A DNA stretch of 38,435 bases, taken from positions 1-38,435 of IMG/VR virus record IMGVR_UViG_3300024344_000047; one strand, written 5' to 3'. Made by a program: the position numbers and the translations under genes. Below are positions 15,159 to 25,118 of this stretch, piece after piece. Source of the DNA: a virus. Every line of letters begins with the position of its first letter. The first letter of the stretch is position 1. Under the pieces are notes generated by a model. The model was not told the origin of the DNA. It was given only the letters and a program-made list of their open reading frames with translations, and did no database searches.

Positions 15159-18100
15159 AGTTACCGGCGTTGACTGCCCGGAGCAGGCCGCTGTCAACGG
15201 CACGCAGCTTACTAGTGTAGTCCTCGGCCTTGTCCGCCAGAGAGCGCAGGTCCGTGCGGCGAGACACTGACGGCTGTCGGAAGATCCCCAGAGCATCCTG
15301 CTGTACGCCAGAGAATAGGCCCCAGTACGTGTAGAGGGTCATGTACTCCTGAGTCATGCCGAGGCCTAGCACGCTGTTGACTACCCCGATCTCTGTGCGC
15401 CTCTCGTAGGCCCTCTGAGCGTCCTTCTCAACATCGGAGTAACGGTTGTAAGTAATACCGTCTTCAAGCGTGCTGAGTCCCAGCCACGCCCGGTCCTGTC
15501 GGGACAGTAGCTCGTACATCAGATAGTCTTGGAGTTCCGCCTGAGACAGTCCCGCTTCCTCAGCGTCGGCTACAGCTTGCTGAGCTTCAGTTAGCACAGG
15601 GCTAATGCTGCGGGCCGTGTCTAGCGACATACCGTAGATATCGGCAATGCCTTGTGCGATGCGGGTGGCGCTGCTTAGCTCTCGGCTCTCCCTCGCTGCC
15701 TTGTCTAGGGGCGACTCTTCCATGCGGTTGAAGATGTTTTCTGTATCTGTTTGGATGCCGAGGTCCGCTAGCAGATCTGAACTAGGAGCGCCGGGGAGGG
15801 CGTGGAGCAGAGCGGTTACTTGTTCGTCGTTGGGCGTGACCCCGAGGCCCTCCAGTGCCAGCCTAATCTCCTCCGCACGAGACAGCGTGTCAGCTTCTGT
15901 GCGGGCCTGTGAGGGGCGGCCCTCCACAGGAACCCCCACGATGCCTGCAACACGCTCCGGGAGCAGCTCACGCAGTCTGCGGACTTGTGCTTCTTGTACC
16001 GTCTCTCCCGTTTCGGGGTCGGGCGTTGCGTACATCACGGCGGCAAACACACGATTAGCGTTCTGGATGGCGCCCGCCTCCCGCAGCTCCTCCAGCGTGG
16101 GAACATCCATGCCCTCGTCTACAGCGGTGTCCAGAAGGTCCTCCATGGCCCTACGGAGGTAGCCCAACTGCCGATCTTGGAAGCCCTCGTTGTCTAGTGT
16201 GACCTTCACGCCCGTGACCATGGACAGCAGGCGATCCCGCATATGTCCTCTCTGGTCTTCTTTGACCCGGCCAGCGTCCACCACACCCACCCGTTCTCCA
16301 AGGTCCCAGATGCGGCTCAAGGGAGGCACCACAGTATCGCTGAAGCGGAAGAAGCGAGAGGCGTTGTCGTTCTTGAGGGGTCCCCCGGTAAAGCTGCTGC
16401 GGCCGGTTGCCCCCTCTAGTACGGTAGATACGGCGTCGGGCAGCGGACCGGAGAATAGACCCAGCAGGTTCTGCCAAGCGTCCGTTTCGTGCTCGTAGGT
16501 AGCGAAGCCGAGTTCCTCCATCAGCTTGTCGCTACCGGGGAACAGCGACAGGGCGCTGAACCCGGCGTCTAGCTGACCACCTATGGCCGTGAAAGGCGAC
16601 TCAGCCATGGCAAATACATCGCCCCGTTTGGTATAACCAGCACGGTCCAGATATGATGGCATGAGACTATCGCCCGATCGGTCTTCATCACCGAATACCG
16701 CAGCTTCATATAAGCGGCGGCCTCGCTCCACGTTGGCCACTCGTCCGGGGGTAGTGACCATTGCCATTATCTGCAAGGGTAGGTTCTTTCGCATAAATGT
16801 GTAGAACCGGCTCACCATGCGAATCTTCGTGTGCTCTAGCGGGGTCAAGTCCGCATAGTCAAGCAAGTATTTCTTGACGTGAGCCGCTGCATGAGCGGGG
16901 GTCATGCCCTTTTCAACAGCGTCAATGTACAGGGCGAGACGAGCATTGTTTTCTATGGCGCTGGATAGCTTCCGCCCTGCGTTGGTGCCCGTTAGTGATA
17001 GAAAGCGTTGTGTAGCGGCTTGGGTGGCCGAGACGTCCGCCCCCATCATGGCGAAGAACGATGAGTCGATGACCCCGTGGTCCATTGCGTCTCGGAGGAT
17101 GACAGCCTGCCTACGGGGAAGAGAGGCTATGACCTCTTCTAGAGCCTTGCCCGTGTTCTTGACTTCGTTACGGGCAGCGTGTGCCGCTACTTGCATGACG
17201 CCAGCCTCACGAAACCGATCCACGTTGCGCAATCCACCCATGAAGGCGAACATGACGTTACCTAGGGCGTTACGGGCGTTGAAGGCTAGGGCCGATGGGT
17301 TGAACAGTGATGATGTGACGCCAGATGCCCACAGAGTGGCAACATCTTTACCTAGTTGGCTCGCCAGCCTGAGGTCCTCAGCAGAGGACAGTATCTGTCG
17401 GGTTGAGTCTAGCTGCGACCTGATTGCAGGAGGCGCCCACCACGACTCGTTACCTATTTTCATTACCTCTACCAAGCCTTCGTCCATAAACGCTTGGCGA
17501 GTAGCGGCTACAACCTCCTCTTCTACCGGTTCCACCACGGAGCGCAACGCACGAGCAGGCGTGTTCTGTTGCAGATTATCCGACAGTCGGCGCACCAGCG
17601 GCATACCGTCAGACCTACTGACGGCCTCTAGCCCGGTTACAATGTTGTAGTCAGCGGTCAGCTTCGCCATCTCTGCGGACTGAGCTGCCATCACCCGCTC
17701 GATGGCAGTCTCGTACACGTCGCCAATCTTCACGTCTGCGCCGCCCAGTATGCGGGTGGCGGCGTCGTTGAAGTCAAATACGCTAGACTTACCGTCCAGC
17801 ACTTCATCTCCTCGCATCACTCGGTTGAGGAACGCTGAAGGCGATTCGTTGTTGCTGCTCGCATGGCGCAGTTGGTTCTTGGCTTTCTGGGTCATGAACC
17901 GACGGGGCATCTTCTCTTTGACAAGGGCGGCTAGACGGGTGTTGGTGTTGTTGATGTCTAGCGTGGCTGCTGCGAGGCGGGATGCTGCGCTGTCAGGAGC
18001 CTGTGCGTCTACGATGCGCTGTAGCGCAGTACGCCTGCGCCCCTTGTAGGGCACGGACACAGCGTCTACTAGGGATCTGTTCAGTGCGGACGCTGCGTCG

Positions 18101-20043
18101 TCGCCCATCTCTTTACGGGTGAGCTTGGTCAAGCGGCTCAACCGAAGTGCGGTGTCACTGGCGGCACGAGAGGCTCGCCCGGCCTCAGGCACGGTAACGT
18201 CGCCTACAGCGTCTGCCACTCGTCGTGTCTCGTCGGCGGCTATGTCGGCTCGTGGCCTGATCTTGCGTAGCACTAGGTCTAGGTCACGGCCGCCGGGCAC
18301 TACCTTCCGGCCAGCAACTTTGATACCCCCCGAACGTGCTGACTGAGGGCGGATGTGCTCACTCACCTGCTTCTGTAGAGCGTCCGCAAACTCGTCGCCT
18401 ACCGTAGTGCGTGCTCGGGCAACAATCTGGTCCGTCATTTGCAGAGCTTGGTGAATGGCTATGTTGCCTTTTGAGAGCAACTCTTGAGTGGAGCGAAGGA
18501 CTAGACTGGCTTCCCACACTTCACCGCCAAACATTCTATGCGCCGCTTTGGTGCCGGGTATCTTGGCGAACGTGGCGTCCGTCAGCCAGCTTCTCACCTC
18601 GTTCTCAGGGAGGATGTCAAGAAAGTCTGCACCCTTGTACTTGATTACGTTGCCCTTCCTATCCAGCAGGGTGGTGATCGTCTTGTTGAGGAACCCCGTC
18701 TTGTTGAGGGTCTTGTACCCGGCGGTTGATAGTAGCTGCGTACCGGGGATTCGCATTCCCATGAAGTGCACGCCGCCCTGCCCTCGACGGGCCACATTCT
18801 TCTCGACATCCCCCATGATCTTAGCTATGCGGGCCTCTTCATCCTTAGCAAATTTGGCGAACAACCCCTTGACTCCGGTTGTAGCACGGGGCGCTCCCTT
18901 TACGGACGTTGCGGCGGCCTCTGCCCATACTTCACGTGCAAAGACCTTGCTGGCTTCGTCTAGGCTATCAAAGCCTTCCGTTCTAATCACAGTAGCTAGG
19001 GCTGCGCCCGCTGCGCTGTGCTCCGACAGGCTTAGCATCCCCCCTTTGGCCACCGTACCGACCCCGGCAGTAGTCCAAGTCAGAGGGTCCACAGCAGCCT
19101 GAGTACCTAGGTCAGCCACCCCTGCTATGTCCAGTTTACGGCCGGACAATGGAATGTCAGGACCCCCGAGTTTCGGGATTAGAGCCAGTGGATTGAGGTT
19201 CTGAACCATCTTCGGGTCTTTGCGTACTTGGTCCCCTAGAGGCTCTCCCCAAGCCTGCCAGTCAAAGGGCGCAACGAACCCGTCCCCGCCCGTTAGCTTG
19301 GTGGCCTCCTCGGGCGTTAGGTCGTATCCCGACATATCACCGGGGTCCTTGATGTGGTCCCCAATGTCGATGGCGTCAGCCATTCGGCCCAGCGCCCTGA
19401 GTCCGTCCGCCTGACGGTTCTTGTCGTCCAGCAGCATGAGACCCATAAAGGTAGATGCGCCTTCACCGAGGTCGCCAAACCGCTCCAAGATGTTCATGGG
19501 AGTATTGGCTATTACCCGGCCGGTTTTCTTGACCCCCTCTATCTGGTCACCTACAAAGCCCCGGTCAGGTTCCTTAGCTATATGATTATCTAGCCACTTG
19601 TCCCCTAGCTCCGTGTTCAGAACGTCCCGGAACTCCGGCTTATCCTTGAAGGTCTCTAGCACTCGCTGAGCTTCGTCTACAAGGTCTTGATCTCCGCTCT
19701 CAAGGAAGCGAGGCATCAGTCGGACAATGGACCTCATGTCCTTGACCCGGCCGAAGTCCTCTTCTATAAACGCCTTGTAGTCGGACTCAAGCCCGGCTAC
19801 CTCAGACTCGGCCGCCAGTTGGTTAGCCCGGTCTATCTTGTACCGCTCGCTCTTGGCCTTGCGCTGCTGTTCGTTGAACGCCTCTTCTAGATCGGCGGCT
19901 TCCCTATCTGCGTTGTACTGTGCTACCGCCGGGTCACTACGCCATCCGGTGGGTGCGCTGACCTCCTGTACGATGCCCTCTCTCCAGCCTCCGTCCTCGG
20001 GGGTGTTCTGGCGGATGGCCTCGGCTTCATCCCGCCACCCCAT
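15157..20043 (-). CDS. Giant virion-associated protein, 1628 aa (putative internal/ejection protein, T7 gp16 position)
   Basis: One uninterrupted ORF at the distal end of the structural arm, with its start overlapping the upstream stop. No catalytic motif recognised by eye. The assignment rests on size and synteny only. Confidence 0.55.
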   Translation of the reverse strand: MGWRDEAEAIRQNTPEDGGWREGIVQEVSAPTGWRSDPAVAQYNADREAADLEEAFNEQQRKAKSERYKIDRANQLAAESEVAGLESDYKAFIEEDFGRVKDMRSIVRLMPRFLESGDQDLVDEAQRVLETFKDKPEFRDVLNTELGDKWLDNHIAKEPDRGFVGDQIEGVKKTGRVIANTPMNILERFGDLGEGASTFMGLMLLDDKNRQADGLRALGRMADAIDIGDHIKDPGDMSGYDLTPEEATKLTGGDGFVAPFDWQAWGEPLGDQVRKDPKMVQNLNPLALIPKLGGPDIPLSGRKLDIAGVADLGTQAAVDPLTWTTAGVGTVAKGGMLSLSEHSAAGAALATVIRTEGFDSLDEASKVFAREVWAEAAATSVKGAPRATTGVKGLFAKFAKDEEARIAKIMGDVEKNVARRGQGGVHFMGMRIPGTQLLSTAGYKTLNKTGFLNKTITTLLDRKGNVIKYKGADFLDILPENEVRSWLTDATFAKIPGTKAAHRMFGGEVWEASLVLRSTQELLSKGNIAIHQALQMTDQIVARARTTVGDEFADALQKQVSEHIRPQSARSGGIKVAGRKVVPGGRDLDLVLRKIRPRADIAADETRRVADAVGDVTVPEAGRASRAASDTALRLSRLTKLTRKEMGDDAASALNRSLVDAVSVPYKGRRRTALQRIVDAQAPDSAASRLAAATLDINNTNTRLAALVKEKMPRRFMTQKAKNQLRHASSNNESPSAFLNRVMRGDEVLDGKSSVFDFNDAATRILGGADVKIGDVYETAIERVMAAQSAEMAKLTADYNIVTGLEAVSRSDGMPLVRRLSDNLQQNTPARALRSVVEPVEEEVVAATRQAFMDEGLVEVMKIGNESWWAPPAIRSQLDSTRQILSSAEDLRLASQLGKDVATLWASGVTSSLFNPSALAFNARNALGNVMFAFMGGLRNVDRFREAGVMQVAAHAARNEVKNTGKALEEVIASLPRRQAVILRDAMDHGVIDSSFFAMMGADVSATQAATQRFLSLTGTNAGRKLSSAIENNARLALYIDAVEKGMTPAHAAAHVKKYLLDYADLTPLEHTKIRMVSRFYTFMRKNLPLQIMAMVTTPGRVANVERGRRLYEAAVFGDEDRSGDSLMPSYLDRAGYTKRGDVFAMAESPFTAIGGQLDAGFSALSLFPGSDKLMEELGFATYEHETDAWQNLLGLFSGPLPDAVSTVLEGATGRSSFTGGPLKNDNASRFFRFSDTVVPPLSRIWDLGERVGVVDAGRVKEDQRGHMRDRLLSMVTGVKVTLDNEGFQDRQLGYLRRAMEDLLDTAVDEGMDVPTLEELREAGAIQNANRVFAAVMYATPDPETGETVQEAQVRRLRELLPERVAGIVGVPVEGRPSQARTEADTLSRAEEIRLALEGLGVTPNDEQVTALLHALPGAPSSDLLADLGIQTDTENIFNRMEESPLDKAARESRELSSATRIAQGIADIYGMSLDTARSISPVLTEAQQAVADAEEAGLSQAELQDYLMYELLSRQDRAWLGLSTLEDGITYNRYSDVEKDAQRAYERRTEIGVVNSVLGLGMTQEYMTLYTYWGLFSGVQQDALGIFRQPSVSRRTDLRSLADKAEDYTSKLRAVDSGLLRAVNAGN

Positions 20044-20897
20044 CAGTGACCGATCGAGCCGTTGCTCCGCCAGCTAGCACTATCCCGTAGGGGGTCGACG
20101 GACGGCGGGCGGTTAGCAGTCGCTAGCGTTTCATTGGTGGGCATCATCAGGCTGCGGTTGATGAAAAACTGACTAGCTACGTTTGTACCTTCCCAGCCCT
20201 GTTCATACTTCCTCGCCAGCTCATATATTTCAGTTGCTGTAGGGGGCCTGCCAGTGTTAGCTATGAGGATCTCGATATCATCCATCATATACCCGAAGTT
20301 GTCGTCAGCCATCAAAGCGTTCAGGTTGCTAGTTTGCGCCCGGCGAGCGGCACTCTCTAGGTTGCCTACCCCTGAGGTAGTCTCATTGGCTATGAGGGCG
20401 GCCAAACGCTCTGCGTCCGTTAGGTCCTTGTCAGGAGAGGATGAGTAACCGCCCCCACCACCCCGGCGGGCGGACGCAGCCGCTGCTGCTTGAGCATCTA
20501 GGAGTTGCTGGGCTGCGGCATAATCAGCGTCTAGCTGCTGCGCTTGGAGCACGGAACCTGCACCGATCTGGTCGATGTACGCCGAGTTACTTGCTGCGGT
20601 TGAGGCCAGTGCCCTCTCGTAGGCGGCGTTCTGCGCCTCCCGGTTGTTGTCCAGCGTGCTGTTGCGTGCCACTAGGTAGGAGGACACGTCGTCCAAAGCC
20701 CCGGTGGGGGCAGCGATCTGTTCAGCCACGGACGCAGCCTGCGAGAGCTGAGCACGTTGGCGAGTGTTTAGGTTGTTCTGCGCTTCCGCTTGCCGGGCAC
20801 GGCCCAGCTCCCCCTCGGCAGCTATAGCTGCTAGGAGGTCTGAGCGGTTGTTACGGAGACCATCAGTGGTCCCTCGGATAGCATCTGACACAGCCAT
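20043..20897 (-). CDS. Putative internal virion protein, 284 aa
   Basis: Ala/Gln-rich and helical-looking, with a Gly5 linker. Coupled 1-nt overlaps with both neighbours. Assignment by synteny only. Confidence 0.45.
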   Translation of the reverse strand: MAVSDAIRGTTDGLRNNRSDLLAAIAAEGELGRARQAEAQNNLNTRQRAQLSQAASVAEQIAAPTGALDDVSSYLVARNSTLDNNREAQNAAYERALASTAASNSAYIDQIGAGSVLQAQQLDADYAAAQQLLDAQAAAAASARRGGGGGYSSSPDKDLTDAERLAALIANETTSGVGNLESAARRAQTSNLNALMADDNFGYMMDDIEILIANTGRPPTATEIYELARKYEQGWEGTNVASQFFINRSLMMPTNETLATANRPPSVDPLRDSASWRSNGSIGH

Positions 20898-21754
20898 TAC
20901 AGGGTACCTGCCTCATACGTCTGAACAGCGGTGTCGTACTCCCGGGCGGACAACCGGCCACGAGCCGCCGCCTCGGCTTCTGAACGTTGGCGCTGGACAT
21001 TTGCAAGCTGGTTGGCCATGTCCAATCCTAGGGAGTCTATCTGTGTGTTTAGGCTGTCTTCGGCGGCGGTCTGAGCGTGGTTGGTGGCGCCCTCAGACTC
21101 TGCGAGCTGCTTTAGGCGACCTCCAGAGCGGAACATACCACGGTTCTCCGAGGATATGTTAATGCCCTGAGCCGCCTGCTTGCGCTGTTCCCCATAAACG
21201 TCACCAAGTGATGCTAGGCGGTTGTTGAGCGCCGTCGCTTGGAAGTCGTTCGTTGCGCGGATCTGTTCTTCACTGAGACCGAACCCACGGAGCTGGGCTA
21301 CGAACTCCGGGTCCGCCGTAAGCTCTGTGTCTAGGCGGGCACCCTCTCCAGTGGCTACGGTAGAGTCCGTGACGGGAGTGCCGACACCGGACATGCGCCC
21401 CATGAGCAGGCTCATCTGGTTATCGTCGAGAGCGTCGCCTAGCCCGAGGCTTCCGTCCGCATAGCCGTTCACTACGCCAGCGTTCACCAAGGATTGTGCG
21501 GCTTGCTCGATAGAGTCTCCGCTCCCGGCTAGCCCGTAGGCTCTCGCCAGCATGGTGAAGGCTTCACCTCTAGTGATCGTATTGCTGGTTCCGAACTTAC
21601 CGTCACCTACACCGTTAGTTATCCCGGCGTCCTTGAGCGCCGTAAGAACGCCGTCCATCCGGCCTCCCCCGTCGCTGAACACAGGCGAGGACTTGGACGG
21701 TGATAGGCCGAGCTGCTCGAAGAGGGTAGCGCCAAACTCGCCACGGGTGGTCAT
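20897..21754 (-). CDS. Virion protein with two N-terminal SLH-like repeats, 285 aa
   Basis: FSDGGGRMDGVLTALKDAGITNGVGDGKFGTSNTITRGEAFTMLARAYGL matches the SLH consensus (F.D ... aGI..G..DG.F.P...ITR.E.a.ml.Ra). A second, degenerate copy reads AAQSLVNAGVVNGYADGSLGLGDALDDNQMSLLMGRM. Confidence 0.6.
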   Translation of the reverse strand: MTTRGEFGATLFEQLGLSPSKSSPVFSDGGGRMDGVLTALKDAGITNGVGDGKFGTSNTITRGEAFTMLARAYGLAGSGDSIEQAAQSLVNAGVVNGYADGSLGLGDALDDNQMSLLMGRMSGVGTPVTDSTVATGEGARLDTELTADPEFVAQLRGFGLSEEQIRATNDFQATALNNRLASLGDVYGEQRKQAAQGINISSENRGMFRSGGRLKQLAESEGATNHAQTAAEDSLNTQIDSLGLDMANQLANVQRQRSEAEAAARGRLSAREYDTAVQTYEAGTL

Positions 21755-21909
21755 TAGCTAGCGTCCCCAGCCCTGCGACCACGCAATTCGATCTCCATGG
21801 CTCGGATCTCCACGCCTGCCTGATACTCGGGCGGCATGGTACGAAGCGCAGTGAGTAGTTGTTCGTCAGTAAACTCTAGCGGGGCACTCTGTTCCATACC
21901 TGATAGCAT
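21754..21909 (-). CDS. Small hypothetical protein, 51 aa (MLSGMEQSAPLEFTDEQLL...)
   Basis: Hand-translated. Its stop overlaps the downstream ATG (TAATG at 21752-21756). It fills the only gap in this part of the operon. Confidence 0.4.
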   Translation of the reverse strand: MLSGMEQSAPLEFTDEQLLTALRTMPPEYQAGVEIRAMEIELRGRRAGDAS

Positions 21910-21912
21910 ACA

Positions 21913-23433
21913 TTACATGGCCGCCTTCAGGTCTGCTACCTCCCGGGCTAGCTCCTCCACTAGGTCCCATAGTTCGTTCTGGCTAGCTATGAGGGGTGGC
22001 ACAAACTCCGGGTAGCTGAGGGACTGGAACCCCGTGTCCTCGTTCTCGTGCCACAAGTGCTCTAGCTTCGTGTTCCGGCCTTCCATGACTAGGGCTGACT
22101 GTACGTCTTGCCCTGACAGCCATTGATGGATGGGGCCGGGGCGGTCGATCCATTCGCCCGAGAAGGGGGTTAGCCTACGAAGGAAAGACGACCCGAGGGG
22201 CGGGCCGGTTCGGTTCTTGGCCCGCATATCGGATGAGTTGATGGTGGTATCCACGGCCCAGACATCAACCCACCGGAACGAAGCGTCCCCGAGGCCCTTG
22301 GTGTTGTCACTGCCGGGTATAACGTCAGTAGCCCGCACAGCTATCCCAGTGGAGCCATTGAAGGCTAGACCGACAAACGAGGCAGTTCTGTACAAGCCCG
22401 AGTTTGTATCAGACGTGAATGAAAAGGCCGGTGCAGCGGCAGCGCCGTCATTGTTTCGTGAAGACCCCACTACCGTTATGCCGTAGGCCGTGGAGGTCAG
22501 CCGGACGACCGTGCCCGCATATAGGCTGACACCCCCTGTTGCGCTGAGATCCGTACGGACCTTCCAGCGGTTGTTCAGGTCATCAAATATACCACCTTGG
22601 CCAGAACCGTTTTCCATGAAGGCCAACCGTCCATGGATGCTGTAGCCCTCATAGCCGCCCTTGCCGGACCCGAAGGTTTGTACGGACCCGTAGGACCCGG
22701 ACACCGTGCCTAGGCCGTCGTCCCCGCTCCCGATGGTCAGACCAGTGCTGTTGAACAGGCCGTACCTCGTGGTGCCCGCTGTGTTGTAGAAGTGGATGTC
22801 CGTGGACTGGAGCCAGATGTTGTCCGTGGCTATGGCCTGCACCGCTCCTAGCCCCGTGCCCGTGCCCGTGGCGTCCATGTATATAGTACCCGAAGCGTTC
22901 GCAGATGATCCGGGGTCAGCGTACATCTGCACTAGTACGTCCTCGCCGCCTCCCCATGTGGGCTGGTTGAGTTGCACAAGAGCGTTGCCCCCGTTGCTGT
23001 TGTACTTGCTGGACAGCCACAGCACACGAACGTTGCTACTAGCGTCAATGGTGTAGTCCACGTAGGCTATCTGTCCGTCGCCCAGCTTAAACTCCGGGTG
23101 ATTGAATGACGTGTACGGGTTGTTGTAGTCAGGGTCGAAGAGTATCTGCTGGGACACTCCGGCCCCCATCAAGCCCAGCGTCACAATGCTGGTGATGTCC
23201 GCCGTGCCCTTAACTGCTACGTTCCCGTTGAACGTGTAGGTACCTGCGGAGTCAAAGTCCACGTCGCCAGCGTCACTGCTGGCCGTGACTACGTAGCGGT
23301 TGATGAACTCTTCAAGGTACCGGAACGGAGAGTCGGCTGCGGCCGTGGCCCGCTTCCGGGCCTTGGGGTCGGTCCACTCCATGAACTTGTAGGAGTTACC
23401 TACCGTGGCGTCAAACGTGAATGAGCGCCCCAT
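21913..23433 (-). CDS. Tail fibre/spike with C-terminal intramolecular chaperone (peptidase S74-like) domain
   Basis: GLGDASFRWVDVWA, then the INS-SDMRAKN autocleavage-type motif (SD.R.K). The tail ...QSLSYPEFVPPLIASQNELWDLVEELAREVADLK is typical of S74 chaperone domains. Confidence 0.75.
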   Translation of the reverse strand: MGRSFTFDATVGNSYKFMEWTDPKARKRATAAADSPFRYLEEFINRYVVTASSDAGDVDFDSAGTYTFNGNVAVKGTADITSIVTLGLMGAGVSQQILFDPDYNNPYTSFNHPEFKLGDGQIAYVDYTIDASSNVRVLWLSSKYNSNGGNALVQLNQPTWGGGEDVLVQMYADPGSSANASGTIYMDATGTGTGLGAVQAIATDNIWLQSTDIHFYNTAGTTRYGLFNSTGLTIGSGDDGLGTVSGSYGSVQTFGSGKGGYEGYSIHGRLAFMENGSGQGGIFDDLNNRWKVRTDLSATGGVSLYAGTVVRLTSTAYGITVVGSSRNNDGAAAAPAFSFTSDTNSGLYRTASFVGLAFNGSTGIAVRATDVIPGSDNTKGLGDASFRWVDVWAVDTTINSSDMRAKNRTGPPLGSSFLRRLTPFSGEWIDRPGPIHQWLSGQDVQSALVMEGRNTKLEHLWHENEDTGFQSLSYPEFVPPLIASQNELWDLVEELAREVADLKAAM

Positions 23434-25118
23434 TATCGTCCCCTGTTGATCTTGCGCTCGTCGTACTCCACGATCACTCGTCGAATAGCGGCGGATGTTA
23501 GGTTAACTCGAAGTCCAATAGTGGCTCCGTACGCCGTGTCGGCAAAGGGCATTATGGATGTTCGCCGAGCGCCGGTGTCAGCCGACGTGGCGGCCCACAC
23601 GGGTTCTCCGCCAACCCCGGAAGCTATTAGTTGCGTTCCCGACGCCACGGTTGACAGCTCGGAGGCCGCTTGCCCTGCGATACCGTTGAGCCAGTAGTCA
23701 AGGCCGATGGATGCCGTGTCGTAGCCCGTTTCTTGCCAGTAGTCGTAGTCAATGATGATGCGCTCTAAGCGGATCTCTGAGCCGGGGGTGGCAGCTATCT
23801 CGTTGAGGTCAATGTATGAGGTATCGGCGCCTAGCTCCACAGACATGGACGTGCTGTTGCTGTCCGTGCTCTTGGCGGGCCGGTCCAGCGTCGTGTCCCG
23901 CACAAAGAAGCGCCACGTGCTGCCCTCCTTGAGCATGGCGTAGAGCCTGCCCTCGTTGCCACCGGCAAAGCTAAAGCCGGTGGGTACAGGAGCGGTTAGG
24001 TCGGGCGAGAAGCTGTCGTAGGAGAATACACCGTTCGAGTACACGATTGCCGCTACCGCTGAGTTGTTGGCCATTGTCCGCTCTGCGAACGCAGGGAAGA
24101 ACGCTAGGTTGCGTTCCTTGTCCAAGACGGGAGACAGGACCAGACCCGGGGTGGTCCAGTCGGCTCCCTCAGGAGTAGTTTGCGTGGGACTGAGATAGTG
24201 GGCGCTGGTGATGTCCACGCCCGAGCCATCAGCAGTGTTCAGTCCCCATGTATTTGAAGAGAGGAACCACACCTCGTCGTTCCACAGCAGAGCGTCCATG
24301 CCCGGGCCGGGTACCTTGGTGTCCACGAGGTCCCGCAGGCTACCAGTGGCTGGGCTGACCCCGGAGAGCACAAACCAGCGGCCGTCACGCCGGGCGATGA
24401 TTAGAGCGTTGCTTACCGTCCACATGCCTACGACGGCCGAGGTAGATAGCGTTGGATCGTACGAAACATCGAAGTAGCTAGTCGCCGGAACGGTGGCGTA
24501 CGCTGCCGGGTCGCTGTAGTAGATGCGTCCGGGGGCCGCAGCGAACCCGTAGTAGTACGCCCGGTCTCGGTGGACCCAAGCACCGGAAGCGTAGCCGTCT
24601 GACGTGTTCGGGTTGGAGAATACGGGAGTAGTGAGGTCGAAGTCCTCGTACACTGTACCGCCGATGATCGTCAGCTCTTGCCCGTCGTGCCAAGAGAAGT
24701 GACGGTTCGTAGCTGAGTACCCGTTAGGGAAAGAGTTGTTGTGAACCGGGTGTGTCGCCGTTGTACTGGCAATTCTGTTGTTTGGGAAGGTGATGGCTCC
24801 GTCGGACAAGGCACCCGGCTCGAAGTACACGTTAGTGTTGGATGCGTCCGTGTAAATGAGCACCAGCGACCCGTGGAGTCGGCTGTTACTGTCCACTGTG
24901 TCTGTAGGGTCCGTACGCCAGAGGATTCCCCGAGGAATATCCGTACCTGCCGCTAGTTGGGTGCCTCCCACCGTCAGTTCACGCCACCCCGGGCGCTGAC
25001 CTACTGAACCGTTGGCGTACAGCTGGACATTCTCGCCATGCCACAGTTTGCCGGTGCCAAACAGACCTCTAAGACCGGCCTCACCGGACCGGAACTCGTC
25101 AAAGACCCGAGTCTGCAT
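23433..25118 (-). CDS. Putative tail nozzle / tail tubular B-like protein, 561 aa
   Basis: Position between the adaptor-like gene and the fibre. Beta-rich, Trp/Tyr/Gly-rich sequence. No motif-level proof. Confidence 0.4.
   Translation of the reverse strand: MQTRVFDEFRSGEAGLRGLFGTGKLWHGENVQLYANGSVGQRPGWRELTVGGTQLAAGTDIPRGILWRTDPTDTVDSNSRLHGSLVLIYTDASNTNVYFEPGALSDGAITFPNNRIASTTATHPVHNNSFPNGYSATNRHFSWHDGQELTIIGGTVYEDFDLTTPVFSNPNTSDGYASGAWVHRDRAYYYGFAAAPGRIYYSDPAAYATVPATSYFDVSYDPTLSTSAVVGMWTVSNALIIARRDGRWFVLSGVSPATGSLRDLVDTKVPGPGMDALLWNDEVWFLSSNTWGLNTADGSGVDITSAHYLSPTQTTPEGADWTTPGLVLSPVLDKERNLAFFPAFAERTMANNSAVAAIVYSNGVFSYDSFSPDLTAPVPTGFSFAGGNEGRLYAMLKEGSTWRFFVRDTTLDRPAKSTDSNSTSMSVELGADTSYIDLNEIAATPGSEIRLERIIIDYDYWQETGYDTASIGLDYWLNGIAGQAASELSTVASGTQLIASGVGGEPVWAATSADTGARRTSIMPFADTAYGATIGLRVNLTSAAIRRVIVEYDERKINRGR

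Noticed and set aside
15647-19890. Many plus-strand ORFs of 60-250 aa inside the 1628-aa minus-strand gene (e.g. 16904..17650, 18488..19102)
   Set aside because: These are typical antisense open frames of a GC-rich coding region. They give Ser/Ala/Arg-rich translations and have no RBS or coupling. The minus-strand ORF is uninterrupted over 4.9 kb.
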